From a virus (taxonomy: Duplodnaviria; Caudoviricetes), in the IMG/VR virus record IMGVR_UViG_3300009597_000016, positions 1-52,473 of that record: a stretch of 52,473 nucleotides of DNA, one strand, 5' to 3'. Positions 20,370-30,687 of the stretch are shown in pieces. Every line of letters starts with the position of its first letter. Position 1 is the stretch's first letter. The notes beneath the pieces were generated by a model. That model was not told the DNA's origin, ran no database searches, and was given only the letters and a program-made list of their open reading frames with translations. Both the position numbers and the translations under genes were made by a program.

Positions 20370-21174
20370 CGCTGATGCCAGGTATGCCAAGACCTTACAA
20401 CGCTTTCAGAATGTCCTTTACGATGAGCTTGCGCTCATCCTGAAAGACCTTGATCTCACTAATGGTTATATCCAGCAAACCACTGCCAACCGGCGTATCT
20501 TAACCGAGGCTTATAATGCTATCGATACGGCATACACCTCCCCTACCTATTCGCTTGCTGTTAGCAATTACGTGGCGATTGTTCCCAAAATCGATGCGGC
20601 GAATATTGCATACTTCACCTCGCTTGAATCGGGTTTTGCGCCGAAGAAAGTATATCTGAAGTCTATCCAGAAGGAACTCATTACTACGGTTAATCAGTAC
20701 GTGATGCAGGACGGATTACAGTCTCAGGTGATCCAGCCGCTTAATCAAATCTTAAATCAGAACATCAATGCCGGAGGATCTTACTCAGGCTTCATTGATC
20801 AGGTACGTACCTATGTGAGGGGATCCTCTGAAGTGGAATCCAAGGCTATGCAGTACACCAGGACGTTCGTCAAAGACACGCTGTTCACATATTCCAGAAC
20901 GTATCAGCAGGCCGTAAGCGCTGATCTGGGGTTGACGTATTACTACTATTCAGGATCGTTGATGGATACCTCCAGGCCATTCTGTGTAGAACGATTCGAT
21001 CAATACTATTCCAAGAAAGAAATTGAATCATGGGCTGGACTTGAATGGAAAGGGAAGAAACAAGGTACAACGGAGAGTTCCATATTTCATTTTGCGGGAG
21101 GGTGGAATTGTGGGCATCAGATTATTCCTGTGTCCGAATTGATAGTACCCAAGGAGGTTAAGGATAGACAATAA
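20323..21174 (+). CDS. Minor capsid / head morphogenesis protein (Mu gpF-like)
   Basis: C-terminal YYYSG...SRPFC...GGWNCGH; follows the portal gene. Confidence 0.75.
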   Translation: MTPQELALLIETLILDADARYAKTLQRFQNVLYDELALILKDLDLTNGYIQQTTANRRILTEAYNAIDTAYTSPTYSLAVSNYVAIVPKIDAANIAYFTSLESGFAPKKVYLKSIQKELITTVNQYVMQDGLQSQVIQPLNQILNQNINAGGSYSGFIDQVRTYVRGSSEVESKAMQYTRTFVKDTLFTYSRTYQQAVSADLGLTYYYYSGSLMDTSRPFCVERFDQYYSKKEIESWAGLEWKGKKQGTTESSIFHFAGGWNCGHQIIPVSELIVPKEVKDRQ

Positions 21175-21339
21175 GAAAGGGAATCCGATCGCCTACCAGA
21201 TTCCCTGTCTACCAGAGAATTTTAGAATTTATGAAGAAGTAAAGATAATTAAAAAGGCCAGCTATTGTGAGAATAACCGACCTTCCATGTTCTTAGTAGT
21301 TTACCACTCGGGGCAACACTCACTCCTACTACAAATGTA
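21172..21339 (-). ncRNA. Two candidate small antisense-oriented RNAs
   Basis: Minus-strand TACATTTG (21332-21339) and TATCTTTA (21240-21247) boxes, each followed by a hairpin plus U-tract. Confidence 0.4.
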
Positions 21340-21371
21340 ATTTACTATATTTATCACAAAATCAATTCATT

Positions 21372-21773
21372 ATGTATGCTAAAGTAAAGGATCGCAGGAC
21401 TGGGGTGCTTAAAACCGTGATGGCCAAGGCGTATCAATTAATCCCACACCGCTATGATTTGTTAGGTTACATAGACGAGGATGGTAATCCTGTCGAAGTA
21501 GCTGCTCCCACTCCCCATGTAAAAAAAAGTCTAGCAAGGGCTGTCGCTCCTGCGGCGGCTAAGGCCAAGCTCACCCGTGAAGATCTTGAGCGCATGAATG
21601 CAGAGGCGATGGAGAGAGCTAAGAAGAATAAGGCAGAACTCGATTCGCTTAGAGTACCAGAGGGTTTTGGATTGAATCCTGATATACTCGATGAGGTTGA
21701 TAAGCAGATTGCTGCTATCCCACCTAGGCCATCCGCTACTAAAGTCAAATCCGTAAAAACATTTAAAAAATGA
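21372..21773 (+). CDS. Hypothetical head-region protein
   Basis: 133 aa before the scaffold gene; A8 run at 21521-21528. Confidence 0.6.
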   Translation: MYAKVKDRRTGVLKTVMAKAYQLIPHRYDLLGYIDEDGNPVEVAAPTPHVKKSLARAVAPAAAKAKLTREDLERMNAEAMERAKKNKAELDSLRVPEGFGLNPDILDEVDKQIAAIPPRPSATKVKSVKTFKK

Positions 21774-22645
21774 AGACCAAAGATTTCTATTCCAAATTGA
21801 AAGAACAGGGAAAAATAGATTCCCCCGACTTTGATGCATTTATTGAATCGCTGCAGGACAGTGACGTACCCGATGCAGTGGTGAAAGCGATTGAAGATAA
21901 CTTCCTTACTCGCGAACGAGCGATGTCCGATCGCCAGGTCAGCATGGACATCTGGGGCAAGGCACTAGTGCCTGTCGATAAAGAGATTGATCGTATTACC
22001 ACCTTCATTGAATCGCTCGACAAAGGACTGGCCAATGATATTCGCTGGATGGTAAAGGATCTTGGACCAGATAAGAGAGTACCAGATACCTTCAAACAAC
22101 TGGGAAAGATTTCTCAATCATTACCGAAGATACTGGAGAAAGTTAAGGCTGCACCAGTGGATGATGAAGCTACCAAGAAGAAGTTAGCCGATTACGAGCG
22201 TAACATACAAGAGTTAACCGGCAAGTTTACCGAAGCAGAGAAAGCATACAATACCCAACTGGAGCAACAGAAACTAGAATCAGAGAAGTATCTCAATGAC
22301 TACAAGATAGATACTCAGTTGCAAAGCATGGGAAATAAGTTTACTTTAGCAGAAGCTTACGAAAAGAACCGCGAGGATTTTACGCAAGTGTTCCTGTCCA
22401 AAATTAAGTCAGACAATGACTTGAGACTTGGAGATAAAAATGAGATTCAGGTCTACGATCGCGAGTCTGGAAAACCGAAGTTCAACGGTAACTCCCCAGT
22501 TACTATTACTTCATTGCTGGAAGAAAAGTTTAAGCCCTTCCTGAAACAATCAGGACAAGCCGCAGCTCCAACCCAGGAAAGTAATCATCGTCCACCTGAA
22601 CGCAAAGAAGGCCACAGAGCCGGATCCCGTACAACGGTGGAGTAA
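21770..22645 (+). CDS. Putative capsid scaffolding protein
   Basis: Charged coiled-coil protein directly upstream of the capsid gene. Confidence 0.65.
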   Translation: MKTKDFYSKLKEQGKIDSPDFDAFIESLQDSDVPDAVVKAIEDNFLTRERAMSDRQVSMDIWGKALVPVDKEIDRITTFIESLDKGLANDIRWMVKDLGPDKRVPDTFKQLGKISQSLPKILEKVKAAPVDDEATKKKLADYERNIQELTGKFTEAEKAYNTQLEQQKLESEKYLNDYKIDTQLQSMGNKFTLAEAYEKNREDFTQVFLSKIKSDNDLRLGDKNEIQVYDRESGKPKFNGNSPVTITSLLEEKFKPFLKQSGQAAAPTQESNHRPPERKEGHRAGSRTTVE

Positions 22646-22657
22646 CACTCCTAACAC

Positions 22658-23755
22658 ATGCCATTCAACTTAGACATAGTTGGCGCTTGCGAGAACATTC
22701 GTAAGGAAGCCGAAACTATGGCTGGCGAGAACTACGCCTATAATCTCAAGCGCAAGACTGGCGCTTTGGATTTCATTACTTCCCCCGAGAACGGTGGAGT
22801 AGATGCATCATTAATCTCTTACGATCAAGGTAAGAAGATCGCCACGCTGAAACTGCTCTATGATCAGCGTACCAAACCCTGTCAGATCTCCACCAACTGT
22901 GCGCAGAATGTCTGCGATGAAGGCGCTTCTCCGCTTCGTAAGCAAGCCCTTATCGAGATCTCAGGGTGTATTAAGACGCCTGTACGTGCATACAATAACG
23001 ATGACATGGTAGCGCTGTGCAAAGACACTGGCGCATTCATGCGTGATCGTGGTGTTCACGACATCATCGCTGCCCATCAGAAACTCGATGAGCTTATTCT
23101 CGCTGAGATGGATAACCAGATCGGTGTCAACTATGAGTTTGATGGTACTACCACAGCTGCAGGAGCGTATAAGTCAATCCAATTGACAGTTACTTCGTCT
23201 TCCCAGAAAGTACCGCTGCCAGGTAACTTCGCTGAGGTTGTCCTGGACTACGAGAACAACCAGCTTAATGGTACTCCTGCTATCATCGGTCAGGGTATTG
23301 TTCAGCAGTTCTATAAACTGCATGACTGGTCCTGCTGTAATGCTACCACTCCTTACGGAGAAGAGAACATTGAAGGCGATGCACGGTTCTACTTAGACCA
23401 GGCCGCTAACTCGGTACTTGGATCTAACAAGTTCATCATGGCTGCGTACAGGATACTTCACCTGTTGACATTCAATGAGAACCGTAACATTATGATCAAT
23501 GATGAAGCACAGGTTCACACCGTCATCAGAGATCCAATGGGTTATCCATTTGATTGGAACCTTGACTTCTATTTCGACAAGTGCGATAAGCAGTGGAAGT
23601 CAATGTATTCGCTCACCTGGGGAATGTTCAATGTGTATCAGCCCGATTCGTTTGCTGCTGCTGGTGAAGATTCATCTCCTGATGTGTCTCCTGATTGCAA
23701 TGACGATCTCGATGGTATGCTTGGTGTGTTTGGCTACACAGCCACAACCGCTTGA
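22658..23755 (+). CDS. Major capsid protein
   Basis: 365 aa, after the scaffold gene; size and position fit an HK97-fold capsid. Confidence 0.7.
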   Translation: MPFNLDIVGACENIRKEAETMAGENYAYNLKRKTGALDFITSPENGGVDASLISYDQGKKIATLKLLYDQRTKPCQISTNCAQNVCDEGASPLRKQALIEISGCIKTPVRAYNNDDMVALCKDTGAFMRDRGVHDIIAAHQKLDELILAEMDNQIGVNYEFDGTTTAAGAYKSIQLTVTSSSQKVPLPGNFAEVVLDYENNQLNGTPAIIGQGIVQQFYKLHDWSCCNATTPYGEENIEGDARFYLDQAANSVLGSNKFIMAAYRILHLLTFNENRNIMINDEAQVHTVIRDPMGYPFDWNLDFYFDKCDKQWKSMYSLTWGMFNVYQPDSFAAAGEDSSPDVSPDCNDDLDGMLGVFGYTATTA

Positions 23756-24699
23756 GTTGCTATAGTGATTATATAACAATTGACAGAAGTATCCCCTCGA
23801 GATCAGGCTTATATGCTGTTGATCTCCCGGGGGTCGAACTGTCGATGCTGGATCTCCTGACAAAAGAGGACCAAGCGGATTATCTTGAGTTCTGGGAGAT
23901 GATCTATGACAAAGCCTGGCAAGGCTTCGTATCCGATCTCACGCATCAACTGCAAGAAAAATTCTTCGTTGATTCCAAATTAGTTTCACGGGAAACATCT
24001 CAGTTCTTAACGGATGTCAATGCTGGAGGATTAGCCGGAGTTACTATAGAATTTCAATTACCACGCTATGCAAAGATGCATGTGGTATCGATTAATTTAT
24101 GGAGCGCTCTTGACTATGCATCTCCAGGTATTGAGATCAAGATCTTCGATCAGGATGCAGATGGTGATGAACTGTACTCAGAGTTCCATGAGGTGACTGC
24201 CGGACTTAATACGATCTTCATCGATACTGATTTTGAGACTGACAAAATTCTTGTAGTATACGACTCTGACACCTATTCGCTCCGTCAAACCGAGATCAAG
24301 CGCTACTATAACACTACGTATAGTGACTATTCCTGTGATACCTGTGCCTTCGATTGTGGAGGGTACACGGGTCGCATCACCGAGTACAACGGAGGTGGAC
24401 TTAATGTAAAGTACAATGTGTTCTGTTCGGTGGAGAAGTTCGCCTGTGAGAACATCAACCTGTTCAAGCAAGCGATATTCTATCGTGTAGGTCTTGAACT
24501 CCTATACGAGCGCATGTTCGGTAACCGTATCAATAAGTACATGACCATGACGATCGAACGCAAGGATGAGTTACAGCTCTACTTCAACACGGAGTACGAG
24601 AAGAACTTAACTCGTTCAGTGCGGAATCAAGGTATGGGTGAAGATCCATACTGCTTTACGTGTAAGGGTATAGTAACAGCAAGAGCAGAATTACCATAA
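23752..24699 (+). CDS. Putative head-tail adaptor/structural protein
   Basis: 315 aa immediately after the capsid gene. Confidence 0.5.
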   Translation: MSCYSDYITIDRSIPSRSGLYAVDLPGVELSMLDLLTKEDQADYLEFWEMIYDKAWQGFVSDLTHQLQEKFFVDSKLVSRETSQFLTDVNAGGLAGVTIEFQLPRYAKMHVVSINLWSALDYASPGIEIKIFDQDADGDELYSEFHEVTAGLNTIFIDTDFETDKILVVYDSDTYSLRQTEIKRYYNTTYSDYSCDTCAFDCGGYTGRITEYNGGGLNVKYNVFCSVEKFACENINLFKQAIFYRVGLELLYERMFGNRINKYMTMTIERKDELQLYFNTEYEKNLTRSVRNQGMGEDPYCFTCKGIVTARAELP

Positions 24700-24729
24700 T
24701 GGCAAAGAAGAAAGGCAAACGTTGCGGAT

Positions 24730-25200
24730 GTGGATGAAATCCGCAATATATCTGTCAAGTTAAGTGCAGCACTTAAGTCCGACAGGGCTAAACGTGTTGC
24801 AATCAATACGGTATTGGCTGTACACAAGAAACGAATCTTCGACCAGGGACTTGACGCTGGCGGTGCTGTCATTGGAACCTATAGCACGGAGCCTATTGAT
24901 ATCCCTCCACGCAAGCAAGCCCGTAATACGGGTAAGCGACATTTCGCCGGAGGATACGCTGAGTACAAGACCGCGATCGGTAAGAATCCTGGGTACGTGA
25001 ACCTACAGAATTTCGGCCAGATGATGGCCGATTATGGTTTGATAGTCAATGGACAGGATTACGGTTTAGGCTATAACAATTCCCACAACTACGACAAGTC
25101 CATCTGGCTGCAGGATAAGTACAAGAAGGAAATATTCCATCATAGCCAATCAGAAATTGATCTGTTGATGAACGTGTTAATGTTCGAACTTAATAAGTAA
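24730..25200 (+). CDS. Putative neck/tail-completion protein
   Basis: RIFDQG-DA-G-IGTYS and VNL-NFGQM are typical of virion morphogenesis proteins. Confidence 0.55.
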   Translation: MDEIRNISVKLSAALKSDRAKRVAINTVLAVHKKRIFDQGLDAGGAVIGTYSTEPIDIPPRKQARNTGKRHFAGGYAEYKTAIGKNPGYVNLQNFGQMMADYGLIVNGQDYGLGYNNSHNYDKSIWLQDKYKKEIFHHSQSEIDLLMNVLMFELNK

Positions 25201-25835
25201 TGCCTGGGATCATAGACACCATATCGCTTTCGATGGAGGACTGGGTGCTAGACTACTTCGGTGACGTATCCGCTGACATGCACTTCAAGAATTGGGGGTT
25301 TGTCGAGCTTGCCTATCGTGGATCGAAAGGTAAGACAGGCAATACTTCTCAACAGCCCATACCAGTTACCATCAACGGTACAGGGCAGCGTGACCAGGTA
25401 TCGCTGGATGACCGCTACGATTATATGCACTGGATCCGATGGCCAGAACCGCTGACATCCGTTGATTCAGAGGAAGACAGCTGGGGATTGAGAGCAGGGA
25501 AACGAATGCATTTACCCTTGCGTATTGTGGTGGCTACTAAAGTCGGTGTGGGAGAGAATTTTATTCTAGAGCTTGTTAATGGACTACCCGAGAACGTGGT
25601 CGTGCCAGGGTTCGACTTTGTGTTCCTGAATTCTGATTACTCCATTGATCCCGATCACGAAGAGATCTATCGTACTGAACTGGGCAACACGGTGTACGAA
25701 CAACACCGTTTCGATTGGAATTTATACGTGATTAACCTGTCGGTGGAATTTGTACAGGGACTACTATGTATTGAAGGATCACCCGATGTACAGGGTAAGA
25801 TATTTGACGAGACATTTGATTCAACTTTTGAATAA
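25200..25835 (+). CDS. Putative tail terminator/structural protein
   Basis: Position in the neck region; C-terminal IFDETFDSTFE motif. Confidence 0.5.
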   Translation: MPGIIDTISLSMEDWVLDYFGDVSADMHFKNWGFVELAYRGSKGKTGNTSQQPIPVTINGTGQRDQVSLDDRYDYMHWIRWPEPLTSVDSEEDSWGLRAGKRMHLPLRIVVATKVGVGENFILELVNGLPENVVVPGFDFVFLNSDYSIDPDHEEIYRTELGNTVYEQHRFDWNLYVINLSVEFVQGLLCIEGSPDVQGKIFDETFDSTFE

Positions 25836-26695
25836 TGGAATATAGCGACTACGTTGAAACTAGATCAGATGCCTCTACTCCTACAGGAGCTGAGTTAGTT
25901 GCTGTGAGTCAGGGAGGCACGGCTAAGAAGATGACCGCTTCGCAGATAGCTAACCTGGCAAGTGTGGCAGCGTGGAACACGACAACAGCAGGAACAGTAC
26001 AACGCTCTACACAAGCACAGGCACAGGCAGTCGCCACTCAGGCGGGACTGGGATCTTCTTCAGGACAGGATGATGCCAGAGCGCCTTCAGAGTTAGGACT
26101 GCTCGACATGCTCATTCAACTGTTCAGCACAGCGGTGACCTGGGTAGCGAAGATGACTTTCACCGCTGCACCAAGATTTAATTCAACAACAGCTTCTCAG
26201 TTTCTACGGGTAGATTCCAACAAAGATCTCGAGTCCGTGGCTGCAGCTACGCAGGCAGAGATGGTCACGGGTACGAACGACACCAAGCCAGCCACTGCCA
26301 AAAGCGTTGAAGACAAGCGGAGTATCACGCTGAAGTCGTTCTCCAACTCAGCGACAGGTTCAAGCACGATAGATTGTTTGAGTTCACAAGAGGTGACGGT
26401 ATTTTATAATACAACAGTGACAGGGGCAATTACCATTGCACTCAGTAACGATTCTAACTTAGAAATATTAAACGTTGTAATTCCAATAACAGGTTCTGGC
26501 ATAGGGATTACAACACCAAGTACTACCAGAATGTCGCGGTATACAGAGGTGAGTGCTGGAGATGGGTGGTATCAATCGACAAAAATTTTACAGGTATCAA
26601 GTGTTGGAACGGCTGATACGCATGAGCTTTCTTTTAAGAGAGTATCAGCAGGACCTACATTCAATTTACAATATGACGGACCTTTTAGAGCATGA
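25835..26695 (+). CDS. Putative fibre/appendage protein
   Basis: Ser/Thr/Ala-rich; GAELVAVSQGG and ATQAEMVTGTNDTK fibre-type motifs. Confidence 0.55.
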   Translation: MEYSDYVETRSDASTPTGAELVAVSQGGTAKKMTASQIANLASVAAWNTTTAGTVQRSTQAQAQAVATQAGLGSSSGQDDARAPSELGLLDMLIQLFSTAVTWVAKMTFTAAPRFNSTTASQFLRVDSNKDLESVAAATQAEMVTGTNDTKPATAKSVEDKRSITLKSFSNSATGSSTIDCLSSQEVTVFYNTTVTGAITIALSNDSNLEILNVVIPITGSGIGITTPSTTRMSRYTEVSAGDGWYQSTKILQVSSVGTADTHELSFKRVSAGPTFNLQYDGPFRA

Positions 26696-27411
26696 GTTTA
26701 CTACGTCACCATAACCTATTAGGCGGACCATTTCCGCTACCGTATTTATACACTTATGGAACGGTTCCTGCTGATAATACCTCTAATACTTCTTCCCCAA
26801 TGACTCCCTATGTCTCTATAGGAAGCATCGGCATGAGACAAGGGGATTTAGTTCATGTGTCAAACTATGTAGGTGATAGTAATAGCAGAACGTTGACAAT
26901 AACAGCGGGTGGTCAGACGTGGACCACCACTAAGGAGCGTAATGGTGGTATTCCGGAGATATGGACAAGCTGGTGTACGTTTAACGGGACCTGGTCAGCA
27001 GACCCAACATTTGCAATCTCAGGTTCAGCGGTAATGAAGTCTACGCAGATGTTTATCATCAGACCTCCAAAGGTTAACGCGGTATGGACTGTAGATCAAG
27101 GCCCGACATTTAACACTACAGGAGGCGCATCTGTAACACATGTGGTAACCGGGGTAACAAACACTATGAATAATAATATCACTATCGCAAGATTAATAAC
27201 GAATACCACAACGGGTACATATAATGCGCATAGTCCCCTGTCATGGGTGCAAATTGGGACAGCTAACTTCAGGAACACTGGGCCGAACAATAAGAATGGT
27301 ATGTATTTTATTTTAAACCAGCGCGTTCCCTCTGCCACAGGTAACTTAACGGTGACCACTAATGCGCTGGGTAACGGATTTGGCACAATGCATTCACTTT
27401 ACTACACTTAA
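26692..27411 (+). CDS. Putative fibre-associated beta-rich protein
   Basis: Thr/Gly/Asn-rich, 239 aa. Confidence 0.5.
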   Translation: MSLLRHHNLLGGPFPLPYLYTYGTVPADNTSNTSSPMTPYVSIGSIGMRQGDLVHVSNYVGDSNSRTLTITAGGQTWTTTKERNGGIPEIWTSWCTFNGTWSADPTFAISGSAVMKSTQMFIIRPPKVNAVWTVDQGPTFNTTGGASVTHVVTGVTNTMNNNITIARLITNTTTGTYNAHSPLSWVQIGTANFRNTGPNNKNGMYFILNQRVPSATGNLTVTTNALGNGFGTMHSLYYT

Positions 27412-27422
27412 AAAAATATAAA

Positions 27423-27791
27423 ATGGCAACATCAATCACTCCCGAACAAATGACAGCACTGGAAACCCATCAGCGGCATAAGGATATTTCAAAACAATGG
27501 GTTAAAGACATCGCAACTTTCCTCCGTGGCACTGCGAATGGTGATGAGACTTGGGCAAAGAAAAGAATTATCGCGGCGGGTGTTGCTCACCATCCTAACT
27601 CCCAGGATTACGGAGAGTGGATCGCGCAGATGACTGCTACACTCAAAGGGGCAGTGGTGTGGGATGGGGTCGATGCAGAGATAACACCAGAGAACCTGGA
27701 TGCCACGGTTGATTTCCTGGTAACGGGAAATAACTACGATACTATGGCCAATGACATTTACACACTCAGAGCTTCAAGAATAGAGTTCTAA
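27423..27791 (+). CDS. Hypothetical structural-region protein
   Basis: 122-aa ORF in the operon. Confidence 0.55.
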   Translation: MATSITPEQMTALETHQRHKDISKQWVKDIATFLRGTANGDETWAKKRIIAAGVAHHPNSQDYGEWIAQMTATLKGAVVWDGVDAEITPENLDATVDFLVTGNNYDTMANDIYTLRASRIEF

Positions 27792-27792
27792 C

Positions 27793-28077
27793 ATGGCAAC
27801 CAAGAAAGCAGTACTGGAGGATGATGATTACGAACCCGCTGTAGTCATAGGAATGATAATGGCCGCACGAACAATTGCTTCAGATTTAGATTCCCGTAAA
27901 CGACAGTTTGCCCGGATTGTGTTAACCAATCCGGTAGACTATATCCCCATATTCAAGTATCTCATCATCGTAAATCTTGACACCACAAATTGGGGTTCAA
28001 TGAGCGAACCGCAGAAAATAGCAGCCACAGAAATAGAGGCCTATAATGTATTCAGTCAAGCAGGAAACATAATATAA
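27793..28077 (+). CDS. Hypothetical structural-region protein
   Basis: 94-aa ORF in the operon. Confidence 0.55.
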   Translation: MATKKAVLEDDDYEPAVVIGMIMAARTIASDLDSRKRQFARIVLTNPVDYIPIFKYLIIVNLDTTNWGSMSEPQKIAATEIEAYNVFSQAGNII

Positions 28078-28078
28078 G

Positions 28079-28750
28079 ATGGCACAGAAATCAGACGCAG
28101 ATCTTCAGATCCAACGCGCACAAATAGAAGACGAGACAGCTATAGGCGCTAACACGGCATCCAGGATTGGACAGATGCATGAGGATGAGATTGATTCCAA
28201 GATCAATAACGACAAGATTATTGACGAGGACAACATGGCCTCTGATAGTGCTACCAAAGTTCCCACGCAGCAGAGTGTTAAGGCGTATGTAGATGCCAGT
28301 ACTGGTGGTCACGTTATCGAAGACGAAGGAACGCCATTAACCCAACGAACTAAGTTAAACTTTGTAGGCGGGGGCGTAGCGGTTACCGACGATTCAGGAG
28401 ACGATGCCAGCGTGGTGACAATTCCTTTACAGGGGGTTCGATCCGTAGCGGTAGCAAGTACTGCAACACTAACTCCAGACCTGGACAACTATGACTCTTT
28501 CACTGTTACTGCGCAAGCCGCGGGGCTAACGATAGCAAATCCAACCGGGACCTTACAGGATATGCGTGAATTTACGATACGTATTAAAGATAACGGAACA
28601 CCACGTGTAATAAGCTACGGCACACAATACAGGCAGATGGAGATTAGTTTACCTGTACTTACCATAACAAGCAAGTACTTATTCCTCCAGTGTAGTGTAA
28701 ACACTGTAGATACTAAAATGGATGTAGTAGCAGTAGTCAACGAAATATGA
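28079..28750 (+). CDS. Putative fibre/adaptor protein
   Basis: GANTASRIG, KVPTQQSVKAYVD, IEDEGTPLTQRTKLNFVG and IRIKDNGT fibre modules. Confidence 0.6.
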   Translation: MAQKSDADLQIQRAQIEDETAIGANTASRIGQMHEDEIDSKINNDKIIDEDNMASDSATKVPTQQSVKAYVDASTGGHVIEDEGTPLTQRTKLNFVGGGVAVTDDSGDDASVVTIPLQGVRSVAVASTATLTPDLDNYDSFTVTAQAAGLTIANPTGTLQDMREFTIRIKDNGTPRVISYGTQYRQMEISLPVLTITSKYLFLQCSVNTVDTKMDVVAVVNEI

Positions 28751-30675
28751 TCTGGTCACAGAAGAAATACGGCATTCCTGCCACACCGAATTACGCCGCA
28801 CTAACAGGTGCGGATGTGTTCGATTCTACCGGGCTGGTATATAACGCCACAAATTCATATGGACAGGTAAATTCATTTGGTGTCGTCGTACTATGGAAAT
28901 CGCTTATAAATTCCAGTAAAACATTTACAGGAATAGATTCAAAAGGGGCCGGAAATTTATACTTTGAGAAAAATAAAAGGGCAAATGTAATACATAATAC
29001 AGGCGCTGGGTTATTCAGGCAGGCTAGCGCAGTACAGTCTAGAACAGACTTTAGCTATCTGTGGCACCATGCTTCAGGGTTCTCAAGCATGAGATGGACT
29101 GTTCATTGTGTGGCCAAGTTTGGAATGGAAGATTTTTACGGATCGCTGTTTTCGATACTGGCTAACAATCAGGGCGGCGCGGCAAGGCCTGGAGTACTTA
29201 TATATCAAGGCGATCGCTTAGCCGCTTCACAAGATGACACAGTAAGCGTTCAAATAACAAAAGCCACAGCGGGGAATATAATTAATAGCACGAACAACAA
29301 TAAGGTAACTTCTGGTTCGTGGCATTTAGTTACGATAGAGTTCAACGGATCGCTTGGTGCTACAAATTCTGTAATACTTTATGTCGATGGGGTGTTGCAA
29401 ACTATCACCACGACATCAGCGTCAACTACAACAAACATAACGAACTTAGATGCACTTGAGATTATGGGGTTGGGTGGTGCTGCATTAACTACAACATCCT
29501 TTAAAATGTCACACTTGATTATTCAGAATGTGGTGGAATCTTCAGGGGTTAGGAATACGATCATGTCAGAACTTGGGGCATGGACGTCTTATTTTAACGA
29601 GTCTGATAATGGTAATGAAATTACAACTTCTGGACAATTAACAAAGTTAATTCAGGAGAACCGATACTACCTGACCGCTAAAATTATACAGGATGTAACT
29701 GACGACAATAAAATGGTTACCCTATTTACTAATGGCACAAACGCCAACGGGAATGCTGGGAAACGATTGTCTATAATCAAAAGCACTAATTACGGTAAAA
29801 CATGGGGGGCTATTTCTACAGTATACGATCCGGCTGGAACTGAATTTGTCCAGTGTAGTACAGCTGGAGTTACCCCAGCTAATAAATACGTGTGCATTTT
29901 TAATACGAATGTCAACACTTCTGGTACTGTAATAGCTAACCCAACTAAGCTATATGTTACATTTTCAACTGATCAGGGGGCAACATGGTCCGCACCTGTA
30001 GATATTACATCTTCAGTTCCATCTGACAGTCTTAATAATTTCAGTTGTGAGAGTCAGGTAATTTGTAATAACGGTCGCATACTGTTTGTGTTGAATAAAC
30101 AAACTGACCCAGGCGTAAGCACCAATTCAGCCAATTATTGTATGTACTCCGATGATGACGGGGCGACATGGGCAACTACCACTATCCGGGCATCGCATTC
30201 AGACTATGTTACAGAAGCTGCGTGTCTTCATCTTGGAGGTGATAATATATATGTATTGATTGGAAGTTATCAGGACAACGAATGGAGATGTTTTACAAGT
30301 TCTGACAATGGTGATACATGGACATACGAGGGTCTTATGGATTTCACAACTTCAGACACTACACCGTCCACGCTACACAAATTTAAAATTAATAATACAG
30401 AAGTAGCGAGGTTTAATTACTATGTACATGGTTCATTCACCTATAAATCATCCTATGCACTGGTAGCGGATCTTTTGACTGATCCATTAACGGCTTGGGC
30501 CTTAAAACAGGTAACCATGAATCAGTTTATAATGCATGGTGACTTCTGCCATTATAACAATGGTATAGAAACGATATTTGTTACACCTGTTCAACCGGAT
30601 ACATTTTCAGGAACTATTGATTCAATGGGCTACGGTTACGGATTGGTGCCTGTTTTAACGTCACTTGTGCCGTAA
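28747..30675 (+). CDS. LamG-like plus Asp-box (sialidase-like propeller) receptor-binding protein
   Basis: WHLVTI...LYVDG; four Asp boxes STNYGKTW, STDQGATW, SDDDGATW and SSDNGDTW. Confidence 0.75.
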   Translation: MIWSQKKYGIPATPNYAALTGADVFDSTGLVYNATNSYGQVNSFGVVVLWKSLINSSKTFTGIDSKGAGNLYFEKNKRANVIHNTGAGLFRQASAVQSRTDFSYLWHHASGFSSMRWTVHCVAKFGMEDFYGSLFSILANNQGGAARPGVLIYQGDRLAASQDDTVSVQITKATAGNIINSTNNNKVTSGSWHLVTIEFNGSLGATNSVILYVDGVLQTITTTSASTTTNITNLDALEIMGLGGAALTTTSFKMSHLIIQNVVESSGVRNTIMSELGAWTSYFNESDNGNEITTSGQLTKLIQENRYYLTAKIIQDVTDDNKMVTLFTNGTNANGNAGKRLSIIKSTNYGKTWGAISTVYDPAGTEFVQCSTAGVTPANKYVCIFNTNVNTSGTVIANPTKLYVTFSTDQGATWSAPVDITSSVPSDSLNNFSCESQVICNNGRILFVLNKQTDPGVSTNSANYCMYSDDDGATWATTTIRASHSDYVTEAACLHLGGDNIYVLIGSYQDNEWRCFTSSDNGDTWTYEGLMDFTTSDTTPSTLHKFKINNTEVARFNYYVHGSFTYKSSYALVADLLTDPLTAWALKQVTMNQFIMHGDFCHYNNGIETIFVTPVQPDTFSGTIDSMGYGYGLVPVLTSLVP

Positions 30676-30687
30676 AAAACATTACAA

